Shown: positions 21,372-30,089 of the stretch, piece after piece
How positions within the stretch are numbered: the first letter of the stretch is position 1
Layout of the letters: each line of letters opens with the position of its first letter
Made by a program: the position numbers and the translations under genes
Notes under the pieces: model-generated
The model's input: the letters and a program-made list of their open reading frames with translations, nothing else
Told to the model about the DNA's origin: nothing
Database searches by the model: none
Assembly (NCBI GenBank): GCA_965213685.1
Contig: CBDBZY010000029.1
Coordinates: forward strand, 66,550 to 130,549
DNA length: 64,000 nt
Direction: 5' to 3'
Source of the DNA: a bacterium
GTDB taxonomy: Bacteria; UBA8248

Positions 21372-22354
21372 CGGGACTCCTCCCGAGGCCAGGCGGCCAG
21401 GTATCGGGACACCCTGTCATGCACGGCGTCCAGCAAAACATGGGTCGGCATCCCCTCCGGAGAATACCAGCACACGCCCTCGATCTTCCGAAACCAGGTG
21501 CGCTGCCGCTTCGCGTAGCGGCGGTGGAGGCGGGATATTTCCCGAACCGCCTCCTCTGCGCCGATCCGCCCCTGACGCAGCGCGAGCGCTTCCCGAAAGC
21601 CGAGTCCCTCGAAAACCCGGGCGTCGGTGAGATTCATCCCGGCCAGCATCGCCACCTCGTCCAGCATCCCGCCCCGGAGCATTCGCCGCACCCTGCGCTC
21701 GATGCGCTCGGCGAGGACGGACGCCGGATACCGGAGGCCGACGTACAGCGGAGAGGCGAACCGGGGCGCCCCCTGCTCGGCGCGCAAGCGGGAAACCGGA
21801 CGCCCCGTCGCCTCATACACCTCCAGGGCGCGAACCACGCGCCGAACGTCGTTGGGGTGGAGTTTGGCGGCCGTATCGGGATCAACGGCCGCGAGGCGTT
21901 CGTGCATGGCGCCGGCCCCCCATCGGGAAGCCTGGGCCTCCAGCCGCTCCCTTATCTCCGGCCGCACCGGGGGGCTGTCGAAGAACCCCTCCACCAGGGC
22001 GCGGACGTACAACCCGCTCCCTCCTACCAGGAGTGGATACGCGCCCCGACGATATATGTCCTGCAGACAGGACACTGCCTCGTCCGCATAGCGCGCGGCG
22101 CTGTAGGTCTCCCCCGGCTCCGCAACGTCCATCATATGGTGCGGAATCCCGCCCCGCTCGTCGGGGCCGGGCCTGGCGGTGCCCACGCCGACCTGCCGGT
22201 AGATCTGCCTCGCGTCGGCGCCCACGATTTCCAGCGATACGCCCTGCTCCCGGAAGCGCCTGGCGAGCGCCACGCCCAAAGCCGTTTTGCCCGAGCAGGT
22301 TGCGCCCACGAGGAGGACGATGGGCTGCGAACCCGTGGATTGGGTCTGGTCCAT
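21368..22354 (-). CDS. miaA: tRNA dimethylallyltransferase
   Basis: GATCSGKT, DARQIY, PHHMMD, VGGSGLY, RRVVRALEV, YAKRQRTWFR. Confidence 0.95.
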   Translation of the reverse strand: MDQTQSTGSQPIVLLVGATCSGKTALGVALARRFREQGVSLEIVGADARQIYRQVGVGTARPGPDERGGIPHHMMDVAEPGETYSAARYADEAVSCLQDIYRRGAYPLLVGGSGLYVRALVEGFFDSPPVRPEIRERLEAQASRWGAGAMHERLAAVDPDTAAKLHPNDVRRVVRALEVYEATGRPVSRLRAEQGAPRFASPLYVGLRYPASVLAERIERRVRRMLRGGMLDEVAMLAGMNLTDARVFEGLGFREALALRQGRIGAEEAVREISRLHRRYAKRQRTWFRKIEGVCWYSPEGMPTHVLLDAVHDRVSRYLAAWPREESR

Positions 22355-22397
22355 GGCATGGGATTTCAGGGGGGCGGGGGGTCGTCTCGCCGCGGAG

Positions 22398-22925
22398 TCA
22401 AAGCGCCTCGAGGGCGTCTTGGAACGCGGCCAAGTCCGCCTCCGAGAACAGCGCGAACTCCACGCGCGCGAGGGTGCCGGCGGGGGAGCGCAGATGCGCC
22501 GCGCAGGCCCGGAGCATGGGGAAGGCGACCGCCTTCGCGTCCAGGCCCCCGACGCCCGTCCCGATGGCGGGGAACGCGATGCTCTCCAGCCCGTTCTCCT
22601 CGGCCACCTCGAGGCTCGCCCGGGCGCAGGCTTCGACGATCTCCGCCGAGGTTTGGAGATCCAGCCCCATTGCCGCCGCATGGATCACGCGCCGCGCGGG
22701 GAGCCTGCCGCCATCGGTGATGACGGCGCTTCCCACCGGAATCGGCCCTTTCGACACCGCTTCGGCCTCTATCGCCGCCCCGCCCCTGCGCCTGATCGCA
22801 CCCGCCACGCCCGCTCCCATCCGCAGGCTGCTGTTGGCTGCATTCACGATGGCGTCCGCCGCCGACTCGGTGATGTCGCCCTGGCGAAGAACCACGCACC
22901 CGCGACCGACGCGCTTTTCGTTCAT
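22398..22925 (-). CDS. Macro domain protein (MacroD/YmdB-like ADP-ribose hydrolase)
   Basis: GDIT, DAIVNAAN, GAGVAGAI, VIHA, IAFPAIGTGVGG. Confidence 0.9.
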   Translation of the reverse strand: MNEKRVGRGCVVLRQGDITESAADAIVNAANSSLRMGAGVAGAIRRRGGAAIEAEAVSKGPIPVGSAVITDGGRLPARRVIHAAAMGLDLQTSAEIVEACARASLEVAEENGLESIAFPAIGTGVGGLDAKAVAFPMLRACAAHLRSPAGTLARVEFALFSEADLAAFQDALEAL

Positions 22926-22985
22926 GCGGAAAATTTCCGGCTGGCGGCGCCGTCCCGGTGCAGAACACCCATCCCGGAAATCGCC

Positions 22986-23378
22986 CTAGAAGAAGGGGTC
23001 GCTCTCGGATGCCCCCTGATACGCCTCGGAATCGGCGGGGGCGAGAGCGCTGACGTCGAACGCCTCGTCCGGCTTCTCCTCATCCGCGAAGGAAGCGGAA
23101 CCGGGCTGATCCACCATCTCCCTCAACTCCTTGCCGGCCCTGAAAAAGGGGACGTTCTTTGGCGGAATCGCCACCGCCTCGCCCGTCCGGGGGTTGCGGC
23201 CGCTGCGGCTGTTTCTCGAGCGCACGCGAAAACTCCCGAACCCTCGTAACTCCACCTTTTCGTCTTGCGTCAAGGAATGCATGATGCTTCCAAACACGAG
23301 GTTCACGACGCGCTCGGTGTCTTTCTTCGTCAGGTGTATCTTGTCGGCAACGCGATCCACCAACTCCGCCTTGGTCAT
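22986..23378 (-). CDS. ihfB: IHF-beta/HU family DNA-binding protein with acidic C-terminal extension
   Basis: MTKAELV, VELRGFGSF, GRNPRTG, VPFFRAGKELRE; located downstream of rpsA. Confidence 0.85.
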   Translation of the reverse strand: MTKAELVDRVADKIHLTKKDTERVVNLVFGSIMHSLTQDEKVELRGFGSFRVRSRNSRSGRNPRTGEAVAIPPKNVPFFRAGKELREMVDQPGSASFADEEKPDEAFDVSALAPADSEAYQGASESDPFF

Positions 23379-23441
23379 GAGACCCTGTATCCTCCCTTAT
23401 CCTGCTTGCGGGCCTTGCGAGCGCACCGGACGACGCATTTG

Positions 23442-23476
<35 letters not shown>

Positions 23477-23713
23477 AGAAGTTCGTGCGGGTTTCCGGGG
23501 CATCCGCGCGCCAGGAGAAGCGAAGCCACCCTCCGCCGAGTCGAGCGCGTCTCGGGGCATGAGGGGCAGGATATGCGGAGGGGCGCGCGCCTCGCTCCGC
23601 CTTGTGCCCTCTCACCCTTGCCGTTCTCCTGCGGACCGCCTCCTGCGGGAGTCCGCCGCTCATCCCGGCATGACGCATATCCGGCGCGACAGCGCCTCGC
23701 TCTCTCCGCACGG

Positions 23714-25483
23714 CTACTCCGGATTCTTGTTCGCCGGCGGGCCGCTTCCCCCTGAGGAAGACGCGGACTCCGCGCTTACGGCCGCCGGTTCGGGCGCCGG
23801 TGCGCGGCTGACGAGCGGGTCCTCCCCAGTGGATTCCACATACGCGCGGATGCTCAGCCCCAGCCTCCTTTGCTCCCGATCGATTTTGATGACGCGCATC
23901 CTGAACACGTCGCCCACGCGCACCACGTCCTCCGGCTCCTTGACCTTCTCCGTGTCCAGCTCCGAGATGTGCACCAGCCCCTCCAGGTCCTCCTCGGGAG
24001 CGGCGAATACGCCGAAGTTCGTGATTTTCGTGACCCTCGCCTCGATGTCATCGTCCACCGCATAGCGTTCGTTGATGCTGGACCAAGGGTCCGGGGTAAT
24101 TTGCTTCACCCCCAGGGAGAGGCGCTCTTTCTCGACGTCCACGCTCAGGACGACCGCCTCGATTTCCTGTCCCTTGCGCAGGATTTCGGAGGGATGCTTG
24201 AAGCGCTGGGTCCAGGAGATGTCCGAGATGTGGACGAGGCCGTCGATCCCCTCGTCCAGGGCCACGAAGGCGCCGAACTCCGTCAGATTCCGGATGCTTC
24301 CCTTCACCCGCATCCCCACGGGATACTTCTCCCCCACCGTGGTCCACGGGTTGGCCTCCACCTGCTTCATGCCCAGGGAAATTCTGCGGGCGTTCTTGTC
24401 CAGATTCAAAACGACGGCCTCCACCACATCTCCCACGGCGACGAATTTCGAGGGATGGCGGACGCGCCTCGTCCAGGACATCTCCGAGACATGCACCAGC
24501 CCCTCGACGCCCTTCTCGAGCTCCACGAACGCCCCGTAATCGGTGATGGAGACGACCCGGCCCCGCACCCTGCCGCTCACGGGGTATTTGATCTCCACAT
24601 GCTCCCAGGGGTCCGGCGTGATTTGCTTATGGCCCAAGGAGACGCGCTCGCGCTCCTTGTCATACTTGAGCACGATCACCTTGACGCTGTCCCCGATGGC
24701 GAAAAGTTCGGTCGGATGGCCGACCCGTCCCCAGGACATGTCCGTAATATGCAGCAGGCCGTCTATTCCGCCGAGGTCGATGAACGCCCCGTAGTCGGTG
24801 ATGTTCTTGACGACGCCCACCTTCTCCATGCCTTCCTTGAGGTTCGCCAACGTCTCGCGCTTGAGCTCGGCCCGCTCGCCCTCGAGCAGCACGCGCCGGG
24901 AGAGAACGATGTTGCCGCGCTTTCTGTTGAGTTTGATGATCTTCATGTCGAAGGATTTGCCGATGAACTGGTCGAGGTTTCTCACCGGCCGCAGATCGAC
25001 CTGGGAGCCCGGCAAAAAGGCCTTGAGGCCGACGTCGACCGTGAGGCCCCCCTTGATGCGCGCGATGATCACCCCCTTGATGACCTCGTCGTTGTCGTGT
25101 GCCCTGCTGATCTCGTCCCATATCTTGATGCGGTTGGCTTTCTCCTTGGAAAGCGCGATGAGGCCGTCTTCGTCCTCGCGCTCCTCGACGAAGACCTCCA
25201 CCCGGTCGCCAGGCTTGAGGTCCCGCCCGCGGCCCGGGAACTCATAGCGGGGCACCAGTCCCTCGGACTTATAGCCTACGTCTACAAGGACATACTCTCC
25301 TTCGATGCCCACGACGGTTCCCGAGATGATTTCGCCATCCCGCACCCGCATCGTGGCGGCATACAAATCGTCCATCTGTTCGGAGGAAAGGGAGTCGGGG
25401 TCCACCTCGTCCGGGAGCAGTTCCGCCACCTTCGCCGAGAGGGTGGGGGCGGCTTCGGACGTGTTCGGGGAAGTTTCACTCAT
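23714..25483 (-). CDS. rpsA: 30S ribosomal protein S1
   Basis: VDVGYKSEG, AFLPGSQVD, repeated S1 domains (YGAFIDLGGIDGLLH, GLVHVSEMSW, GLVHISDISW, GLVHISEL). Confidence 0.97.
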   Translation of the reverse strand: MSETSPNTSEAAPTLSAKVAELLPDEVDPDSLSSEQMDDLYAATMRVRDGEIISGTVVGIEGEYVLVDVGYKSEGLVPRYEFPGRGRDLKPGDRVEVFVEEREDEDGLIALSKEKANRIKIWDEISRAHDNDEVIKGVIIARIKGGLTVDVGLKAFLPGSQVDLRPVRNLDQFIGKSFDMKIIKLNRKRGNIVLSRRVLLEGERAELKRETLANLKEGMEKVGVVKNITDYGAFIDLGGIDGLLHITDMSWGRVGHPTELFAIGDSVKVIVLKYDKERERVSLGHKQITPDPWEHVEIKYPVSGRVRGRVVSITDYGAFVELEKGVEGLVHVSEMSWTRRVRHPSKFVAVGDVVEAVVLNLDKNARRISLGMKQVEANPWTTVGEKYPVGMRVKGSIRNLTEFGAFVALDEGIDGLVHISDISWTQRFKHPSEILRKGQEIEAVVLSVDVEKERLSLGVKQITPDPWSSINERYAVDDDIEARVTKITNFGVFAAPEEDLEGLVHISELDTEKVKEPEDVVRVGDVFRMRVIKIDREQRRLGLSIRAYVESTGEDPLVSRAPAPEPAAVSAESASSSGGSGPPANKNPE

Positions 25484-25585
25484 GGGCCTGTGCTACCTCG
25501 TTTTGGGAAAAGAGAATTGCCGCCACGGATCAAGCGTCCATCGCCATCACGGTCATCGGCATGAAATTGGTAGAAAAGGAACCCC

Positions 25586-25614
25586 ATACTACACCTTGAT
25601 GCGGGGAGAATCAA
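25586..25614 (-). promoter_or_regulatory. Putative rpsA promoter
   Basis: TTGATT, 17-nt spacer, TAGTAT on the minus strand; overlaps the inverted repeat CCTTGAT-N9-ATCAAGG. Confidence 0.55.
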
Positions 25615-25997
25615 GGGACACTGCGCACACCCGTGGCACCCCCATACATCAGCGCGCAAGAGCACGAGCGCATACGAACGCGGAGAGCCTCGGAAACCAC
25701 TGCTTTTGCAATGACTTGGATGGTGCTTGCGAACCTGATACCTGAGCCCTCTCACGGAGCCGCTCCGCCCGTTCCTTGTCGTCGTCGTCAAACGCCCGCG
25801 ACGCTTTGTCGCCCGGAGGTTCGGCGTTCACAACCCAGGCGGACTTTTCCGGCGGACAGGTTTTTGTTTGGGCCATTAAGCTTCTTCTTCGTTTTTTCAA
25901 TAGCTTCAACAGCGCGGATTCGCGTGCGGCCAAAATTCTACCAGAGCCCACAGCGGAACCCGAAACCCTCGCCTACAATCTAGGCCTTCGCGCCTCG

Positions 25998-26099
25998 CTA
26001 CACTCTATCCCATTCCGCATGAACGGTGCAGGCAGCGACAAATTCGATCTGGACTGGCGAGAACGAATCCAGCGTCGCCTTGAGTTCATCGAGCGTCAT
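25998..26099 (-). pseudogene. 33-aa relic of a type II restriction endonuclease (SmaI-like), apparently internally deleted
   Basis: MTLDELKATLDSFSPVQIEFVAACTVHAEWDRV*; its ATG overlaps the MTase stop (ATGA); the C-terminal CTVHAEWD resembles the recalled R.SmaI C-terminus CIVHGVWD. Confidence 0.5.
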
Positions 26100-27043
26100 G
26101 ACACGCGCAACCGCCGCTCCATCAAATCCACGAAAGCGGGCTTGATTTCAATCCCGACCCACCGTCGCCCGAGTTCGCGAGCCGCCAGAAGCGTTGTCCC
26201 CGAACCTGCATAGGGGTCGAGCACAATGCTGCCCTCGTGACTTGTGAGGGCTACGCAGCATCGAGCAAGCGAAAGGGGCATCATCGCGGGGTGATCATCC
26301 GCTTTCCCATTCACGCGCTTCACCGGCTCCGTGGGAATCTCCCATACCGTTCGCAGGCGACGGTCGCGCGGCCCCTTGACGATTTCGTGGTCGTAGCAAT
26401 AGTCCTTGCCCTTTGACAAAAGGAAAACTGTCTCGTGCGCTTTGGTTGGTCGGTCTCGAACGGACTCCGGGTGAGCGTTCGGCTTGTGCCAAATGACTTC
26501 ACTGCGCACCCACCAACCCGCATCCTGTAGGGCGAACGCCAATCTCCACGGAACGCCTATCAAGTCCTTTGGCTTCAGTCCTTCCGGCGTCGGCGGTCGC
26601 ACTGCCATGGCGCGCGCACGATTTTTCCGATCCGATGCCCGATATCTCCGGTTGCCGGACGTGTAGGAATCGCCAACGTTCAGCCAGACAGTGCCGTCGT
26701 CGCGCAGGACGCGCCTGATCTGCTCAAAGGCGCATACGATGCTCTTGATGTCGTCCCGCCCAATCTGTTCATCTACCCCGTAATCGCGCAGCGACCAATA
26801 TGGCGGTGACGTGACGACCGTCTGAATGGAACTATCCGGGAGAAGCTGCAGCGCTTGCGTGGCATCGCCGCACATCACCATGGAACGGGTTATCGCCTCG
26901 AACGGCTTTCTCTTCAGGCTGTCAACCCGCATGTGGGATTGTTGCGCTTCGCTCCCTGCATCCGGCGGCGAATGCCCAGAACGCCCGAATGGCGCAATCT
27001 GGTCACCCTCCGACGGTATGGCCCGTAAGGCGCTGTCATTCAC
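26096..27043 (-). CDS. Beta-class N4-cytosine DNA methyltransferase, M.Cfr9I/XmaI/SmaI-like
   Basis: TSPPYW(SLRDYG) precedes DPYAGSGT; GDSYTSGNR, RPPTPEGLKPKDLIGVPWRLAFALQ, KPNAHPESVRDRP; start GTG 27043 or ATG 26932. Confidence 0.9.
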   Translation of the reverse strand: MNDSALRAIPSEGDQIAPFGRSGHSPPDAGSEAQQSHMRVDSLKRKPFEAITRSMVMCGDATQALQLLPDSSIQTVVTSPPYWSLRDYGVDEQIGRDDIKSIVCAFEQIRRVLRDDGTVWLNVGDSYTSGNRRYRASDRKNRARAMAVRPPTPEGLKPKDLIGVPWRLAFALQDAGWWVRSEVIWHKPNAHPESVRDRPTKAHETVFLLSKGKDYCYDHEIVKGPRDRRLRTVWEIPTEPVKRVNGKADDHPAMMPLSLARCCVALTSHEGSIVLDPYAGSGTTLLAARELGRRWVGIEIKPAFVDLMERRLRVS

Positions 27044-27046
27044 AAC

Positions 27047-27760
27047 CTACGCATCCTCAAGGACTTCCCCGTACATCCGGCGGATTTTCTCTAACATGAG
27101 GCCGAGCACCTGATCAACGCCCATGTCCGTCGTCCGTATCTCCACCGCGTCCTCGGCCTTGCGCAGCGGCGCCGCGCTCCTGCTCCTGTCCCTCTCGTCC
27201 CTGCGCCGCAAGTCTTCCCGAAGGCGCTCGGGGTCAAAATGAACGCCCCGCGCCTCCAGCTCGGCGAGACGCCGCTCGATTCGCACCTCCACCTCCGCAT
27301 CGAGAAAGAACTTGAGCCTGGCGTCCGGGAAAACGACCGTGCCGATGTCGCGCCCGTCGATGACGGCGCCGCGCGCCCGCCCGAAGTTCCGCTGAAAATC
27401 CAGAAGCGCCTCCCGCACCTGCGGGATGGAGGAGACCAGCGAAGCCGCGTCGCTCACCGCCTCGTCCCGAAGCGCGCCGGTCACGTCCTCCCCGTCGAGA
27501 ATGTTCCGCCAGGCCTCCCCCTCTTTCCGGCACGCGAAGCGCAACCCGCGCGCGATCCGGATGGCCTCGCCCTCGAAATCGTCCGGTTCGCCCCTGCGCA
27601 ACATCCGGTAGCCCACCGCCCGGTACAACGCCCCGCTCTCGAGGTAGTCGAAGCCCAGCGCGTCCGCTATCGCCTTGGCCGCCGTGCTCTTGCCCGAGCC
27701 TGCGGGACCATCGACGGGAATGACGATGCCGGCGGACGCCCGGCGCAGCCCCCCGCTCAA
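27047..27760 (-). CDS. cmk: Cytidylate kinase
   Basis: DGPAGSGKST, SGALYR, DGRDIGTVVFPDA, RDERDRSR; TTG start overlaps the tyrA stop. Confidence 0.95.
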   Translation of the reverse strand: MSGGLRRASAGIVIPVDGPAGSGKSTAAKAIADALGFDYLESGALYRAVGYRMLRRGEPDDFEGEAIRIARGLRFACRKEGEAWRNILDGEDVTGALRDEAVSDAASLVSSIPQVREALLDFQRNFGRARGAVIDGRDIGTVVFPDARLKFFLDAEVEVRIERRLAELEARGVHFDPERLREDLRRRDERDRSRSAAPLRKAEDAVEIRTTDMGVDQVLGLMLEKIRRMYGEVLEDA

Positions 27761-28653
27761 GCCCAGCCCTTTTCCCGCGCCCACTCGTCCCTGCCGTCTT
27801 TGGCCAGGCGAAACGCGCGCTCGAGCGACCCGGAATCTCCCCCCTCGAGGAAGCGGCGGAGGTCCGCCAGTTTTCCCTCGAACGTATCGAGCGAGCGCAG
27901 CAGCGCCTCCTGGTTGTCCTGGCATATCTCGCGCCACATCTCCGGGCCGGAGGACGCGATGCGGGAAAAATCGCGAAACCCGCCAGCCGCATAGGGAAGC
28001 CCCTCCCCCTCGAGGGCGGCGCCCATGATGGCGTAGGCCACCAGATGCGGGAGGTGGCTGATCTCGGCCATCACGCGATCGTGGGTCTGCGGGTCGAGGA
28101 TATCCACCCGGGCGCCCACCCCCTCCCAAAGCGCGCGCAGGCGCTCGAGGGCCGCCGGGTCCGTCCGCTCCGTGGGCGTCAGAATGGTTTGATGCCCATC
28201 GAACAGGGAGGAAAAACTCGCCTCCACGCCCGACTTCTCGGCGCCGGCGACGGGGTGGCTCGCCAGGAAGCGCACATCCCCCCAATCCATCTCCTCCACC
28301 GCCCGCACATAGGGTGCCTTCACGCTGCCCACATCGGTGAGAAGGGCGCCCGGGGCCATTTCGGGCAGAATCGCCTCCGTCACGCGCACCGCCGCCCGCA
28401 CAGGGGTGCACACGACCACGAGGTCGGAGTCGCGCACCGCCTCGAGGTGGTCGGTCTCGAGGCGATCCACGACGCCGAGCGCAACCGCGCGCTCGAGATT
28501 GGCGAGGCTCCTTCCGGCGCCGATGAACCTGGAAGCGAGGCCCCTCTCCCGCGCCGCCCGGGCCAGCGAACCGCCGATGAGGCCCACGCCGATGATCGTC
28601 ATCTGCTCGAAAAGCACTCGAAAATCCCTCTCTCCCCCAAAAGGCGACGCCAT
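27757..28653 (-). CDS. tyrA: Prephenate/arogenate dehydrogenase
   Basis: GVGLIGGS, TDVGSVK, HPVAGAEKSG, HDRVMAEISHLPH, GGFRDFSRIA; start 28653 or 28617. Confidence 0.93.
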   Translation of the reverse strand: MASPFGGERDFRVLFEQMTIIGVGLIGGSLARAARERGLASRFIGAGRSLANLERAVALGVVDRLETDHLEAVRDSDLVVVCTPVRAAVRVTEAILPEMAPGALLTDVGSVKAPYVRAVEEMDWGDVRFLASHPVAGAEKSGVEASFSSLFDGHQTILTPTERTDPAALERLRALWEGVGARVDILDPQTHDRVMAEISHLPHLVAYAIMGAALEGEGLPYAAGGFRDFSRIASSGPEMWREICQDNQEALLRSLDTFEGKLADLRRFLEGGDSGSLERAFRLAKDGRDEWAREKGWA

Positions 28654-28813
28654 CCCCTCCTGCGCGCCATTCCGGTGGTGCCCCCGCGCAGAATCCGGAA
28701 ACGCTCCCGCAAGCCGCCGGCTCCCGCATGAAGACGCCGGGGGCACCGCGCGTTTCAGCGTGTCGCCATACCTATAAAATACATCACATAATAAATGTAT
28801 ATATTTGTTGTTA

Positions 28814-29902
28814 TTATATATTCAACACTTTTGACAGCGCGCGAACCATCTGTTCGTTCTCCTGCGGCGTCCCGATGGAAATCCGCACGTGCCGCGGAAA
28901 GCCATACCCCGCCACGGGCCGAACGATGACGCCCTCCCTGAGCAGCCCCTCATACGCCCTCATCCCATCGCCCACCTCCACCATCAGGAAATTGCCCTGC
29001 GTGGGCACGAAGGGCAGCCCCATCGCCGCCAGCTCATACACGAAATACTCCCTGCCCTCGGCGTTCGCCGCCACCGTCCGCTCCACGTGCTCGACGTCTC
29101 CCAGGGCGGCTTGCGCGGCGGCCAGGGCGAGGGAATTGACGTTGAACGGCTCGCGAACGCTTTCCATCGCCTGGGCAACCTCCGCATCCGCCACGCCATA
29201 GCCGACCCGCAGGCCGGCCAGTCCGTAGGCCTTCGAGAACGTGCGCACGGCGATGAGGTTCGGGAATTCGGCCAGCATTTCCGTCGCGTCGGGATAATCC
29301 TCCAGGTGCGCGTAATGGCAATACGCCTCATCCACCGCCACGAGGGTGGCCGGGGGGATTTTTTCGAGAAACGCGCGGAGCGCCCTCCCGTTCACCGCCG
29401 TGCCCGTGGGGTTGTTGGGGTTCGCCAGGAAGACGATCTTCGTCTTCTCGCAAACCAGGGCCGCCATGGCGTCGAGGTCCTGGTGATAATCGCGCATCCG
29501 CGCCCGCCTGATCTCGCAAGAGCTCAGCTGCGAGACGATGTGATAGACGATGAAGGCACCCTCGGAGAACACGACGGGGTCTCCGGGGTCCAGATACGCA
29601 TGCGCCAGAATCTCCAGCACCTCGTTCGTTCCGTTGCCCAGGACGAAGTTCCCGGGCTTCAGCCCGTGGTGTGCCGCCAGTGCGTTCTTGAGATAAAACC
29701 CCCCGCCATCGGGATAGCGGTGCAGCTCCGGGACTGCGCCCCGCATGGCCTCCACCGCCTTTGGCGACGGCCCCAGGGGGTTCTCGTTCGAGGCCGCCTT
29801 GATGGATTCCGAGATGCCGAGCTCCCGCTCGATCTCCTCCACCGGCTTGCCCGGCTGATAGACGATGATATCCGAAACGGGCCGGGCCCTTTGGTATTTC
29901 AT
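28814..29902 (-). CDS. hisC: Histidinol-phosphate/aromatic aminotransferase
   Basis: YQPGKP, SNENPLG, NPNNPTG, DEAY, RTFSKAYGLAGLRVGY. Confidence 0.93.
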   Translation of the reverse strand: MKYQRARPVSDIIVYQPGKPVEEIERELGISESIKAASNENPLGPSPKAVEAMRGAVPELHRYPDGGGFYLKNALAAHHGLKPGNFVLGNGTNEVLEILAHAYLDPGDPVVFSEGAFIVYHIVSQLSSCEIRRARMRDYHQDLDAMAALVCEKTKIVFLANPNNPTGTAVNGRALRAFLEKIPPATLVAVDEAYCHYAHLEDYPDATEMLAEFPNLIAVRTFSKAYGLAGLRVGYGVADAEVAQAMESVREPFNVNSLALAAAQAALGDVEHVERTVAANAEGREYFVYELAAMGLPFVPTQGNFLMVEVGDGMRAYEGLLREGVIVRPVAGYGFPRHVRISIGTPQENEQMVRALSKVLNI

Positions 29903-30089
29903 CCACTCTCCCCGCCGCCCCGGCGGCGCAAGATTCCCCCCGGGTGCGGAAAATCCATTCACATTTCCGTCAAGCGCCTCTTCGCCGCCTCGCGGAAAGG
30001 CCCCGCCAACGGCCGAGGGTGCCCGCGAAACGAAACAAAACCCTTACAGCGTTCGTTCGTTAAACGTTAAAAACGCCCGCGCGCGCCGA

